Position numbers and translations under genes: made by a program | Notes under the pieces: model-generated | Told to the model about the DNA's origin: nothing | Databases searched by the model: none | Seen by the model: only the letters and a program-made list of their open reading frames with translations | Shown: one piece after another, positions 23,195-35,578 of the stretch | Layout of the letters: each line of letters starts with the position of its first letter | Position numbering within the stretch: the stretch's first letter is position 1 | From: Schizosaccharomyces osmophilus | Lineage: Eukaryota | DNA length: 64,000 bases | NCBI RefSeq assembly: GCF_027921745.1 | Contig: NC_079238.1 | Span: 1,178,001-1,242,000, forward strand | Reading direction: 5' to 3'

Positions 23195-23626
23195 GTTCTT
23201 TTTCTCCCACAACTGGTATTGTTTTTCACCTTGCAAACGTAGGTCGATATGTAAACAGTCCGAGTTTAACCGTCTCTCGCCAAAACTTCTGTACACTGGA
23301 ATTAGCAAAACCTTTCTTTCAATAAACGTTTCTAATCAATGGCATTTCTGCCAATGCTCTACACTCGGATTTGCTTGTTTTCTAGTAATCCTAACCGTCG
23401 ATGGGTGATTCCATAGTCCCATTCCAAGGTCTCCTTTTCCACTCATCGCTCCATATCGTAATCTCAATTTCCATAGTCCAGTCCTCCTCCGCAACCATTT
23501 ACCGTAGTGCAAGCTGCGTATCCCAAAGCCCGAAAAGACTTAGGAGAACTAGGTAGAGCAAATGTTTGTACAAATTGTCAATATTTACGACTTGTAAGAT
23601 TGCGCTGTATTTATATTCTTGTCAGA

Positions 23627-26596
23627 ATGAATAATTCTGACATTCGAAGCTTTTTCGGCGGTGGAAATAAGCAAAAAAAACAACCCGCAGCTCCCCAAGT
23701 ACGCGGTTTCACCTTTTTCAGATCCATTGGATGAAGCTTACCCTTCTTTTAGAACGATTCTTCAAGCGCAAACCATTCACAAAAGAAGAAACGTGTTGTT
23801 GTTTCTGACGATGAGTCTACAGACGTTGATTCTCGTCCGGCTTCCAATGGTTCCGCAAAGGAAAATAGTCCATCAACTCAAAAAAGGTACACTGAGTTTT
23901 TCTTGTCTCTTCTTATGCCTCCCATCCTTTTCTAACCAAAATTAGACAAAAAGTAAATGCTGCTCCGTCAGCAACTGAACCTGAGACGTACGCATTCTTC
24001 CTTGCCTTGCCATGTTGAAAACGCACTTTTTGCTAACTTATACTTTTTTAGCACAGTTGATAAAAAGCCTGATATTCCTATAGAGGATTCTTCTGACGTT
24101 CTTGCTAATGATCGCCCAATTTCGTCGCCAGTCGTATCTGTACCAAGAACTTCCTCGCGAGTGGGTAAGACTTCCTCTCCACACTTGGAATCTTCGAAAG
24201 AGGTAAAAGAAGAAGAAAATGAGCTTCCTTCAGCTCCTGCAACTAAACGAACCCGTCGCGCCCTTCCTCCTAGCATTTCAGAAACGCCAGAAGTCCCAGA
24301 ACCCGCGGCTCCTCCTGTCCCGAAGAAGTCAAATGTAAAGCTTAAAAATCTTCCTAGGTTTTCTCCTGAGGCTACAAAGATTATGCAGTCTGTGCCTCTG
24401 ATTGATATCGATTCCATTGGTGTTATGGCTCCTGGTGGTTTTTATGATCGTGCCGACACTACACAAGCCCCAGGATCAAAGGCTATTCCTACAGGAAATG
24501 ATAATTGTCTTTCAGGTCTAAGCTTCGTAATTACAGGCATTCTAGAAACTTTGACCCGTCAAGAAGCAACCGATATAGTAAAACAATACGGTGGAAAAGT
24601 GACCGGTTCGCCTTCGAATAAGACAGACTTTATTCTTTTGGGCGAGAATGCCGGTCCCCGTAAAGTCGAAACGATAAAACATCATAAAATTCCAGCGATA
24701 AATGAGGATGGTCTTTTTTATTTACTCAAGACTCTTCCCCCATTAGGTGGCTCTGGAGCAGCCGCTCAAGCTGCTCAAGTAAAGCGTGAACAAGAAGACG
24801 TGAAAATTCGTGAAACTGCAGCCAGGCTTGCTCCAGATACCGCTGCTCAAAAAGTACAGCCTACTAATCAGTTATGGACGACAAAGTACGCTCCTACCTC
24901 TTTGAAGGACATATGTGGTAATAAAGGTGTAGTGCTCAAGTTGCAAAAATGGTTACAGGACTGGCCCAAGAACTTGAAATCTAATTTTCGTAAGCCGGGT
25001 CCTGATGGTTTAGGTTTATACAAAGCTGTGTTGTTATCAGGACCTCCAGGAATTGGTAAAACTACTGCAGCACATTTAGTAGCTAATCTGGAAGGATTCG
25101 ATATTTTGGAATTTAATGCTAGTGATACCCGAAGTAAGCGTCTACTAGATGAGCAATTACAAGGAGTGACTGATAGCCATTCCCTGGCTGGTTATTTTTC
25201 CTCCGCGTATGTGCCAGTTGATCAATCCAAATCGCGCTTGGTTTTAATCATGGACGAAATTGATGGCATGTCTTCTGGTGATCGTGGTGGTGTGGGCCAA
25301 CTGAATGTCCTTATAAAAAATACCAAGGTTCCTATTATTTGTGTGTGCAATGATAGATCACATCCAAAATTAAAACCTCTTGATCGGACGACTTTTGATT
25401 TGCGTTTTCGACGTCCCGATGCTAATTCGCTGCGTTCCAGAGTCATGTCGATAGCATATCGTGAGGGATTGAAGCTTTCACCTCAAGCGGTGGATATGCT
25501 TGTTCAGGGGACGTCGTCTGATATGCGTCAAATTGTCAATTTGCTTTCCACTTGGAGGTTAGGAAGTAAGGAAATGAACGTTCAAAATAGTCAGTCAGCT
25601 GTAAAGCAAGCTGAAAAACACATTGTGATGAAGCCTTGGGATATCTGCAGTCGATATTTGCATGGCGGATTATATCATCCTTCAAGTAAAGCTACGATTA
25701 ATGATAAATTGGAATTGTACTTTAATGATCATGAAATTTCTTATTTAATGGTACAAGAAAATTATCTCAGTACAACCCCTGATCGAACTCGGCAAGAGCC
25801 ACCGAAAATGGCAAACTTGAAGCATTTGGAATTGATCTCCAAAGCCGCTGAATCTTTTTCTGATTCCGATCTTGTCGATAGCATGATCCATGGCCCGCAA
25901 CAGCACTGGTCATTGATGCCAACACATGCTTTGTTATCGTGTGTAAGACCAGCATCATTCGTTGCTGGATCTGGATCCAGACAGATTAAATTTACCTCTT
26001 GGTTAGGAAATAATTCCAAAACGAACAAGCTTAACAGAGTGCTTCGTGAAATTCAGCTTCATATGCGTCTAAAGGTGTCTGCCAATTCTTTGGAAGTTCG
26101 ACAACATTATATTCCAATATTGTATGAGTCATTAGCAATGCGCTTATCTAGAGACCAAGGAGAAGCAATTCCTGATATTATTCAACTAATGGATGAATAC
26201 TTCTTGAACCGTGATGATTTTGACGCAATTATGGAAGTTGTCTTGCCCGCCGATGTCGGTGAGCAATTGATGAAAGGAGTACCTACAACTGTCAAGTCTG
26301 CATTTACGAGAAAGTATAACTCTTCGAATCATCCAGTTGCTTTTATCGGTTCAAGCGATGTTCTTCCCACGAAAGGTTCACGCGCTCCAGAAGTGCCAGA
26401 TGTGGAAGATGCTCTTGAAGCTGAGGATGAAGTTGTCGAAGCTGAAAGTGAAAAAGAAGAAGACGATACGGATTTGAGTAAGGACAAATTTATTTCTGTC
26501 CCCAAAAAACCGGCGAAAACAACAAGGAAGCCCAAGGCAGATGCAGGATCATCTACCTCGGCGCCCAGTCGTCGAGGCAGAAAGAAAACAACATAA
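23627..26596 (+). CDS. rfc1: Replication factor C large subunit, 4 exons
   Basis: Exons 23627-23698, 23753-23886, 23946-23987 and 24052-26596, all phase-compatible. DIRSFF N-terminus, BRCT (GLSFVITG), Walker A GPPGIGKT, DEIDG. Confidence 0.96.
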
Positions 26597-27607
26597 TAGA
26601 ACAGTAACTTTTCCAAGTTAAAAATAGTTTAAGGTTTTTTATATGCATATCAATTCATTCATGACGGTTGGCTATAATTCGTTTCGTCTCATTCAGTCAA
26701 ACAGGAGCAAAAGACTACGTGTTTATGCTATCTGTAGTGTTTGCATTTTCAAGTCCCTGTTTATCATAGGATTCAACTTTTTTTTTATAACTATATAAGT
26801 TTGCATATCAAATGATATTTGCAGCAACTGTAAATTGAAATAAAAGCCGTTTCTGTAAATGGAATCATTACTTTTTTTTATTTATTAAGGAGCTACATGG
26901 TACGTTTATTACATATGAATATTGGTACTTTGTATACCCTAGATATCTGATAAAATATGTCGCCGAAGCTGGGATGATCAAAGGCGACATCGTTCTTCAA
27001 AAGGTAAATGGATTCTTTTTTTTTTCAGCATATTAATTCAATTTCGACACGGAATTGTCATTTATTTACAAGAGAAAAGCACAGAGTCCAAATCCTTGTG
27101 CTAGTATTTTCACCAAATACCGTATTCTTAAATCTTGTTATACATTATTACGAATAACATACCTGTACCGTAATAAATAAACAATTAATAAATGAAGAAA
27201 ATAGCAATAATAAGAGCTTTCAAGATTAGAACCTTTTTATGTAGTTTTGAAATGTATTGATCAAAAAAGAATTTAATTAAGAAAATATACAACTGGATAA
27301 AATGCAATATAGAACTCATTTGAAGTAGATATCATTGATGACCTATTAGCTTTTCTATTAATTTTTTTTTTTAGGATATACACTTTTGAAAATGGGATTT
27401 CATAAGTTGGCTCAATGAATGGATTTCAATTTCAATTTTATTTCTTCTTCTTTCTTTCATCTTTCATCTTTTTTTTTTTTTTTTTTTTTTCCTTTTTTTC
27501 TTGTTTTTGTTTTATTTACTAATCATCCCATCTCGCACACGCTCACTATTTCATTCTTTCCTGAACTAGCTAGGTATGCGGGTGTTTCCATCTTACCATT
27601 TACAAAG

Positions 27608-28326
27608 ATGCTTTCATCCATTGAAGAAGCAATTCAAGACTTCAGTATGATAGTTGTTTCAAAATTTTCATTTAATTTTAACAGAGAGTGTAGAGAACGG
27701 AAAGTTTCTCGTCGTTTTGGATGATGAAACACGCGAAAATGAAGGTGACTTAATTATCGCAGGCGCGAATCTTACAACAGAACAAATGGCGTTTCTTGTT
27801 CGACATTCAAGGTAATGCAAAAAAATTCGTGTTACGGACATCTTATTGACTTTAATTGAATAGTGGCTATGTGTGTGTTCCTATGACTGGTGAACGTTTG
27901 AACGAACTAGATATCCCTATGATGGTTGAGCACAACGAAGAAAGAATGCGAACAGCATATGCAGTAACAGTCGACTTTACCGAAGGAGTCACTACTGGAA
28001 TTTCTGCGCATGATCGTGCACTCACGACCAGACAATTGGCCAACCCACAGTTAAAGAATCCTAAAGCCTTTAATCGACCAGGCCATGTCGTGCCCTTAAG
28101 AGCTCGAGAAGGCGGTGTTTTGGCTCGTGATGGTCACACAGAAGCTGCCGTTGATTTGTGCAAACTTGCAGGCCTACCTCCCGCCGCTGCTATCTGTGAG
28201 CTCGTTCGTGATGAGGATGGACTAATGTCTCGTTTTGACGATTGTGCACGATTCTGTTCCCAATGGGGAATTAAAATGATCACCATCAAATCTCTTATAG
28301 AATACATCAAGGAGCACCCATTTTAA
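27608..28326 (+). CDS. rib3: 3,4-dihydroxy-2-butanone 4-phosphate synthase, 3 exons
   Basis: Exons 27608-27644, 27694-27811 and 27864-28326. Motifs DDETRENEGDL, TTGISAHDR, RPGHVVPL and GHTEAAVDL. Confidence 0.95.
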
Positions 28327-28726
28327 AACATATATAAGGCTTAGGACTGGACACAGGTAGTTGCTTTTGATACGATCTTTCCTCTTTTTGGTTAATTCCC
28401 CTACCCGTATTATTTTATTTTTGCTTTTTATTTTTTTGTCCATAAAAAATGTACAGACGAGCGAATGCTAAACTTCTAATAAATGAATCATTGAAGAAGA
28501 TTCATGACTTTTTACGTACATAATTACACAGTTTGATATGTTATCTTTGTTTTCATTTACACATTGACAATAGGTTACTTCCTTTTTTCTTTTACCACAT
28601 ATTCTTCAACCAAGTAAACCTCTATTTTATTGATCCCAACAAAATCTTCATAAACCAAAAAAGTCAACCTTTTCAACTTTTTTATAAGTTTTTCTTTTTG
28701 TTTCAACGAAGCATCCATATTTCCGT

Positions 28727-30262
28727 CTATTCCAGCGAAACCATCTTTACACGACTTTGCATACCTTCGCCAAACATGTATGCATCTGTTCCTTCAATTA
28801 AAGAAAAGTCACTCTTAACATAACTAGGAGGAGTTGGGATAGTTAGGCAGAATAAATCGGCAGAAGTATTAGGCTTAGCAATGACTGTTAATTCCTCACG
28901 TGCAATAAGTGTAGAAGGAGAAGCAACCATCACGGGATGGGACACAACAATGTGTCTGTCCACCAATTCCTTCAAACCTAACAGGTTTCGTTCCGTAGTT
29001 AAAGAACGGATATGAAAGGGGTAAACGGATTTCTTCTCCTTTATTTCAGAGAGTAAAGCTCGAGAAGCCTTTAATTTTAACATATAAGAAACATTAACAT
29101 CATGTATGTAAACCGTAGGTTTCAAATCTGGATGCTCTCTAAGGTGGTCAACTGGTTTAGAAGACATAGAAATATCGATAATCCATGCTTCTTTCGGCAT
29201 AACATGCCAGTTGTCCAAATCTGCCAGCAAATCACCAGCAGGATCCAAGGGATCCGTAGAACCCTTCTGAGCCTCCTCCTCTTCTTCTTCTGGTGCAGGC
29301 CATTCAACTGCAGCCTTTGCGTCCTTTCCTTCCTCCAGTCGATCAACAGTTATCTGTCCAACAAGATATCTGTCAATACGGCGAATGCGAGATCCTGGAG
29401 CAACATGAACGTGATATTGAGCAGCGATGTCTTCAACAAGCTTACGCAACCTGGGACCCGTAACAGGATTTGAAGGATCCACAGTGGAAATCATATTCGC
29501 GACACTTTTGGTAGCAAAATGAGCAGCGCAGATAGCATCAGCCCCAGGCCCAATGTAAGGACCCATTCCGGGTTGAGGTGGAGGTGTTACCACCACAGTG
29601 TGACAAATACTAGCAGTGTAACCATCGATGTGACAAGCCATTGCACTAAAAAATTAAGCTGTCAGTATTCATGAATGCCATATGAATCATTTTTACTTAC
29701 ACTTTTGTTACATCACCAATTTGGAGACGGTAGCAGTTCTCAACATTGTTGACCAATGTTTCAGGACCTGGAGAATAATTGAAGGCACAATTATTGACAC
29801 AAACGCTAGTGGGTTCAGCCAAACCTTTTTCATATCGCTTTGATTTGTACATAGAAGCAACCTAGACGTGTTAGAAATCCATAACGACATCGTGCATGAA
29901 CAAAAAAGACCATTAGATGAGAAGATTTCGACGCAGGCGCTGATAGTGTCAAGCTTTTTCTTCACTTGAATCATAACGACGGCATCAACTGATCTCTTCC
30001 ATATAAAAGAAACAGTAATAAAAATAATGTTTCTTTTGATGGTCGTTTTCCCAATGTTCTCTCATGGCCAATTCATTTCACTTACCATTTCTTCGATGAA
30101 TTGGTCGCCTAAACCACATATTTCACGCACCGAAGCACCAGGAACAAAAAGAGGAGCAAGTTTATGGAAAGCTTTACTCACGACAGCACCAGCATCCTGA
30201 TATTTTGTAATGAAATTTTCATCTTTTACAGGACCTGCTTGTATAGGTTGATCAATTTCCAT
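28727..30262 (-). CDS. arx1: Pre-60S export factor Arx1 (M24/MetAP-like fold), 3 exons
   Basis: Exons 30262-30086, 29861-29701 and 29645-28727. KYQDAG..V, KGLAEPTSVCVNN and GDVTKV.MACHIDGY are typical of Arx1/Ebp1. Syntenic with SPBC23E6.05. Confidence 0.88.
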
Positions 30263-30628
30263 GATAGTGTAGAAGGGACTCCCAAAAAAGAAGAAAAAAA
30301 AACAGCAATTCCAGTAATCCTTGCGAAATGAGCAAAGAACACGGAATATGAAAGGAATGCTCTTTTCAGGATGGTGCTGCTTATAGTGACTTGAGTTAAG
30401 AGAATAGCGATGTAATTTTACAAAGTGATAAAACGATAACAAAATGGGAGATATGTATCCGAAATGCGGTGTAGTACTGTAAAGTTATTTAGTGCAAACA
30501 CTCAGTTTTGCTACCTTCTAAAAGAAATTGGTACGAAAAAAACAGCTAGTGGAATTTTACACCTATCCTTTGCCAAAACGGTAACAAAGGCCGCAGTAGC
30601 AATTCTAGAGAGCGTGAATAACGTGAAA

Positions 30629-33600
30629 ATGGCTTCTTCTCTTCAGAAGCAGCTACAGCAAGTACAGAACGACAATGTTCTGAAAGCTGGTAAGATTCGG
30701 CGGGCACCGTCGTTATTATACGAGCCCAAAGTTGCTGCTGATATGGATTTGGAAGAAATCTATGTTACAGCAGTAAGTGGTTTTCATGAGTTGGCGGTTC
30801 GTGAACCTCGTTTGTTACATTATGAAAAAACTTTATTAGGTGAACAATCCGTTCACGTCGATAGATTGACATTGGATAAAGCTGAAAACGAAAAATTAAA
30901 TAAGGAGTGCGTTCATTTGCTGCGACTCTTGGCTCCTTTCTTTACGTACAAAACTACCTTGAAGGTGCTAGAATGGTTAATTCGCCGTTTTAGCATTCAA
31001 GAGTATATCGCTGATGAGTTTTTGCTCACCTTTTTCCCTTATCACGATCATCCTTTTTTTGCACGGGTCTTGGCATGCTCAAAACCAAATTCAAGACCCA
31101 TGCTTTTTTTGAAACCCGCTATAGAAATGCGTGTTGCGCTGTCACGAGCCGACGTAGTGCATGCTATAATTCGTGACAAAGATTTGCTGTCGATGTTTGC
31201 GCAATTCGCCCAAGCTTCTGCAGAGTCGAATACGATGTACCCGATTCTTGCTCGATTTTGGGCTGGTGTCTTTTTAGAATCCATGGTTTCATGGTCGTCT
31301 TCTAACGTTGACTCCAATATTATCATGGATCGTCTATTCTTGTACATATCTTACGCCGTCAGCTATCCGGCGAGCACCAGTTTTCAGATTTCTGGATTTA
31401 TGTGCTTATCTGCGCTTGCCGTTTCTTTTCCTTTACATGTTTCAATTATTCCTCCTCTTTTAGACGCCATCACGCTTCGTATTACTGCCGATAATATCCG
31501 TCAAGCTTTGATTTGTATAGGTCATTTGTTACAGACCCACCAGGGTGCAGTAGAATTTCAACAAGAATGGGCTGACCGTTTGGAAGCTTATGGCTCTTCC
31601 AAATTGCTTTTGGAATTAAATCAAAAGCATCGCTTGGATAAATTGTTTACAATTTATTGGTTGACTTTACTCAAAACTAAAAAATCTAATAAACGTGAGC
31701 TTCTTCATTTATTAGACAATTCGTTCTCACATCTTCATATTTCCTTTGAGCAGGCTAAAATATTGCTCTCGACAATTTCGTTGCAATCGGAATATCCCAC
31801 ATTGCAAAGTTATCGCCGGGTTATTAGTAATGTAGATATGAAAGAGAAAAACGTTACCAAGGATGTTCCAACAACTGGCGTTGTTGGACAACCTAAAGCT
31901 GAAGACTCAAAGGTTTCCACAAAAGCTGACAAACGAGCCTTACGTGCTAAGATTGATTCGTTTGAAGAACCCGCTGATTATACTATGTGCATCTCTTTGG
32001 CTAATGATGTAACGTCTGTCGATGCAAGCTATTTCAATAACTTACTATCCAAGTTCAGTAAGAAGATTCCTTTTTTGACTTCTTGTATTATTTTTGGGGA
32101 AGAAGAAACCGCTGCCATGGCTTTAGCGAGTATGGAAAACATCATTGGTTCTCAGGTGAATACCGATTTCCAGGCTCTTTTGCCTACAGCTCTTTATGCC
32201 TTGACTCATGCTTCGCCCAAAATCAGATCCAAAGCACTTTCAATCATATCAGCAATTCCTCGTTCAACCGAGAAGAGTATATCAGATGTATATGGGCTGA
32301 ACGATCCCGAGTTTGAAAACTTCAAATGGTTAAGTTTCGAAGAAATTCGGGTTTTCTGTACAGATTATATCCTTAGTCGCTTTTCCGAACTTACTTTGGA
32401 CAATAGTTATGTCTTCTCTTATATTGGAGAAAATTTGTATGCCGAGAAGAAGAGCAAGGACTTATCTGTTAAACTGGCTGTCACCTCTTTTTTGACATCG
32501 CATGCGTATAGTAGTCAATTTACAGAGATCCGTGTTTTCCTGTTGGAAGTTCTGCATCATGTTCATGGAAAGGTTAACGACATGAAGCAGCATCTTCTGT
32601 CTCCTAAACTGACTAATCTTTCAGAACCCAATAACATTGAGCAAGCAAAGCAAGTCACTACAAAAGAGGCTGAAGCAATCGTTAAAGTTTTTGATCAACA
32701 TTACTTTGCTTCTATGTTGGCATTGGTTAAGACGGAGTCAGCGTTATCTCAGGCTGCTTGCAAGCATTTAGTCACTTTGCAAGAAAAGTTAAAGGACCCA
32801 CAATATTTAGAGTTGGTTCGCACTTTGATTGAATCTGAAGACCAACCTTCGTATTTTATTGATACTTTGGATGCTCTCAATATCCCTTCTTATGTGTTCC
32901 AAAAACTGCTCGAAAAAATTCAATTTAGTAGTAAGAATGGTGCATCCTCTAAACGGACACGTGGTAAAGAAGGAATATCTGCTTTTGAATTACGAAAAGT
33001 GACTCGTGTTTTGGAACTTCTCGAAACTAAGACTGCTGCAAGCCATCGTTATTTAATTGTTCCTTTGTTTGACATCCTTAATCAAGTTATCAGTTTAAAG
33101 GACCATATTGTCTCGGCCAACTATTTGCTTCAGTTATTGCTTGGTCTTCTGTATGATATGGTTTGTGCTGCTCCCGTCAAAGAACTGTCTCCCTCTATCA
33201 GAATCGATACATTAGTGGGCTGTATTAGATCTTCGAACAATCCCCAAATTCAGAATAAAGCTTTGCTACTTGTTAGTGGACTTTCTCATGCTGCTCCGGA
33301 AGTAGTTTTGCATGGAGTTATGCCCATATTCACTTTCATGGGAACTACAGTTTTATCCCGCGATGATGCGTTTTCGATTCATGTCATTGAACAGACAATT
33401 AAAACCGTTATTTCTGCTTTGGTTAAACTTTCAAGTGATTTCGATTCTTCACTGTTGATTTCATGCTTCGTTAACGCGTTTCCTCACATTCCTCAGCATC
33501 GCCGTCTTCGATTATATCGGATGCTTTTACAAACGATCGGAACTCACAAGTTTATGTCCGTTATTCTCATCCAATTCGCTGAAAAGGCCGTTGCCGCTAA

Positions 33601-35578
33601 ACCTTCTCAAGCTAAGATCGTTCAAGACTTCTGTTTGGCATTAGCTCAAAGCATTTCACCTGTTGATCGCATTCGTACTATCAACCAATGCTCTCAAACC
33701 TGTCTTGAGTCTCTCAAAGCACAAACCGCTACTCAAAGTAACGGAAAACCCGTAACTAGTGTAAAATTAGAGCAACTGCCCATGGAACTTGATGTCAATA
33801 CTATTGGAACATTGCGTCTTAAATTACTTGAGCTTACGACGATCGTTTGCAAGGCAAGAAATTTCGAGTCCGATCTTGCTCGAATTATCGAATCAGATGT
33901 TGAGCAGTTTAAACTTATCGAGTCAGACTTGTTCAAGTCATTAGAGATTTTGCTTGAACTGGGTGACATTGTGAAGTCTGACCAGGAAGTTGATTACGTT
34001 TATACAGCTCTTCGCAATCTTGTTGCTCTTCTTCCTGAAAAGTCATTCTGTGCAGCTCTTGCCAAGTTGCTTCATGACAAGCGTACTTTGCTTCGCCGTA
34101 AAGCTTTGGGTGTTTTGCAGCAGCGTGTGCAACGGGGTGCTAAGGTTTCTTCATTAACCGCTTTGGTACCTGATGTTACATATAACATATCCAATGGTAA
34201 AGATGAAGAAACTGTGCAACTAGCAATGGACTGTCTTTCTGACATGGCCAAACGTTTTAAGAAAAACCCAGAATTATTCGAATCTGCCATTGAGGTTGTA
34301 TCTGGTCCTTATGGTTTGAAGAGCAAAGCAAAAGACGTTCAAGTTTCCTCAATCGTTTGTATAACCGTATTATCAAATACGTTAGGTGCTAGAATATTGC
34401 CCTATTTGGCCGATATTATGGAGAGTGTTCTTTCACTGTTATTCGGCGCCAAAAACGATTCCGAAGGAGATCTTCTAGAACTGGCCTGTTTCTCAATGAT
34501 GATTGACTTATTCAAGGTTATTCCAGAGTTCAGTGCTAGCTATGCCGAACCTACAATCAAAGCTGCATTGGCTTCCGATCGCGCGTTCGGGCAAGATTCA
34601 ATTGGTGAATTGCTATTTGATACTATTGCTAATTATGTTCCCACTCGTCATTTAATTAAATCCATCCTCTCTGCTTGGACTGAATGTACTAAACTAGGAT
34701 CTACTGCAGCTCTTCGTCTCCTTGAATTAATTGAAATGACGTTGCAAAATTCCACAAGAGCAGCGGTCGGCACTGTTTACAAGTCTATCTTTAGATTTTT
34801 CCTTGATTCTTTCGATAGCCGACGCTCTTTGTTCTTCGCAGAGGACGTGGATAACGTGGAAACAAAAGCCGTAAATGTTTTCCTCAAGTTCGTTATGAAA
34901 TTGAGCGATACAACTTTTAGGCCTTTGTTTCTACGCTTACAATCTTGGGCAATGGAAGATTTGCGTGAAAGTGACCCGTCAGGCATTGTTTCACGCCAAA
35001 CATTTTTTTATAATTTTTTGACAACGTTTTTGGATACTTTAAAATCAATTGTAACCAATTATTACGCTTACGTTTTAGATAGCACAGTTGACATCTTGTC
35101 ATCTAAGGACACGAACAGTGAACTTCGTCACTTGGTCATTAGCAGTATGGCCGTCGCATTCGAAAATGACACAGAGGAATTTTGGACGGTACCTGCTCGT
35201 TTCAATTTGCTTGTACCTGTTCTAATAGAACAAGTTCATTATGCTCCTTTGCTGGACAACAAAATATTGATTAAAGCTATTGCTGAGCTTGCGAACGTCG
35301 CATCTTCTAGCGAGAACTTTAAAGCCATTAATACTCCACTTTTGCAACACCTTCGGTCTGAAAATACGGATGTTCGCGTTTTGGCCATTCAAATCGAGAC
35401 TCAATTGTATGGACGATTGACCGAACAATGGGTTTCTACGCTTCCACAATCCATTCCATTTATAGCTGAGATTATGGAGGACGACGATGAACAGGTCGAG
35501 GCTGCAACAACAGAACTGGTCCGTGTCGTTGATGATTGTCTCGGTGAAAATGAATCCCTTCAAGATTATTTAACTTAA
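30629..35578 (+). CDS. utp10: U3 snoRNP/t-UTP HEAT-repeat protein Utp10
   Basis: Likely start MASSLQKQL at 30629 (1649 aa). LEWLIRRF, AFPHIPQHRRLRLY, KLSDTTFRPLF, PFIAEIMEDDDEQVE and C-terminal LGENESLQDYL. Confidence 0.96.
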   Translation: MASSLQKQLQQVQNDNVLKAGKIRRAPSLLYEPKVAADMDLEEIYVTAVSGFHELAVREPRLLHYEKTLLGEQSVHVDRLTLDKAENEKLNKECVHLLRLLAPFFTYKTTLKVLEWLIRRFSIQEYIADEFLLTFFPYHDHPFFARVLACSKPNSRPMLFLKPAIEMRVALSRADVVHAIIRDKDLLSMFAQFAQASAESNTMYPILARFWAGVFLESMVSWSSSNVDSNIIMDRLFLYISYAVSYPASTSFQISGFMCLSALAVSFPLHVSIIPPLLDAITLRITADNIRQALICIGHLLQTHQGAVEFQQEWADRLEAYGSSKLLLELNQKHRLDKLFTIYWLTLLKTKKSNKRELLHLLDNSFSHLHISFEQAKILLSTISLQSEYPTLQSYRRVISNVDMKEKNVTKDVPTTGVVGQPKAEDSKVSTKADKRALRAKIDSFEEPADYTMCISLANDVTSVDASYFNNLLSKFSKKIPFLTSCIIFGEEETAAMALASMENIIGSQVNTDFQALLPTALYALTHASPKIRSKALSIISAIPRSTEKSISDVYGLNDPEFENFKWLSFEEIRVFCTDYILSRFSELTLDNSYVFSYIGENLYAEKKSKDLSVKLAVTSFLTSHAYSSQFTEIRVFLLEVLHHVHGKVNDMKQHLLSPKLTNLSEPNNIEQAKQVTTKEAEAIVKVFDQHYFASMLALVKTESALSQAACKHLVTLQEKLKDPQYLELVRTLIESEDQPSYFIDTLDALNIPSYVFQKLLEKIQFSSKNGASSKRTRGKEGISAFELRKVTRVLELLETKTAASHRYLIVPLFDILNQVISLKDHIVSANYLLQLLLGLLYDMVCAAPVKELSPSIRIDTLVGCIRSSNNPQIQNKALLLVSGLSHAAPEVVLHGVMPIFTFMGTTVLSRDDAFSIHVIEQTIKTVISALVKLSSDFDSSLLISCFVNAFPHIPQHRRLRLYRMLLQTIGTHKFMSVILIQFAEKAVAAKPSQAKIVQDFCLALAQSISPVDRIRTINQCSQTCLESLKAQTATQSNGKPVTSVKLEQLPMELDVNTIGTLRLKLLELTTIVCKARNFESDLARIIESDVEQFKLIESDLFKSLEILLELGDIVKSDQEVDYVYTALRNLVALLPEKSFCAALAKLLHDKRTLLRRKALGVLQQRVQRGAKVSSLTALVPDVTYNISNGKDEETVQLAMDCLSDMAKRFKKNPELFESAIEVVSGPYGLKSKAKDVQVSSIVCITVLSNTLGARILPYLADIMESVLSLLFGAKNDSEGDLLELACFSMMIDLFKVIPEFSASYAEPTIKAALASDRAFGQDSIGELLFDTIANYVPTRHLIKSILSAWTECTKLGSTAALRLLELIEMTLQNSTRAAVGTVYKSIFRFFLDSFDSRRSLFFAEDVDNVETKAVNVFLKFVMKLSDTTFRPLFLRLQSWAMEDLRESDPSGIVSRQTFFYNFLTTFLDTLKSIVTNYYAYVLDSTVDILSSKDTNSELRHLVISSMAVAFENDTEEFWTVPARFNLLVPVLIEQVHYAPLLDNKILIKAIAELANVASSSENFKAINTPLLQHLRSENTDVRVLAIQIETQLYGRLTEQWVSTLPQSIPFIAEIMEDDDEQVEAATTELVRVVDDCLGENESLQDYLT

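Noticed and set aside
26957..27010. 8-bp hairpin ATGTCGCC/GGCGACAT followed by TTCAAAAG|GTAAAT, resembling the snoRNA host exon 1 end
   Set aside because: No C/D boxes or rRNA-complementary guide found downstream; likely coincidence.
27150..27520. AT-rich stretch with a T22 run as a candidate replication origin
   Set aside because: Compatible with fission-yeast origins but cannot be distinguished from an ordinary promoter by sequence alone.
30464..30628. 55-aa N-terminal extension of Utp10 in the ORF track
   Set aside because: The conserved family start is MASSLQKQL at 30629; the extension falls in the shared promoter region.
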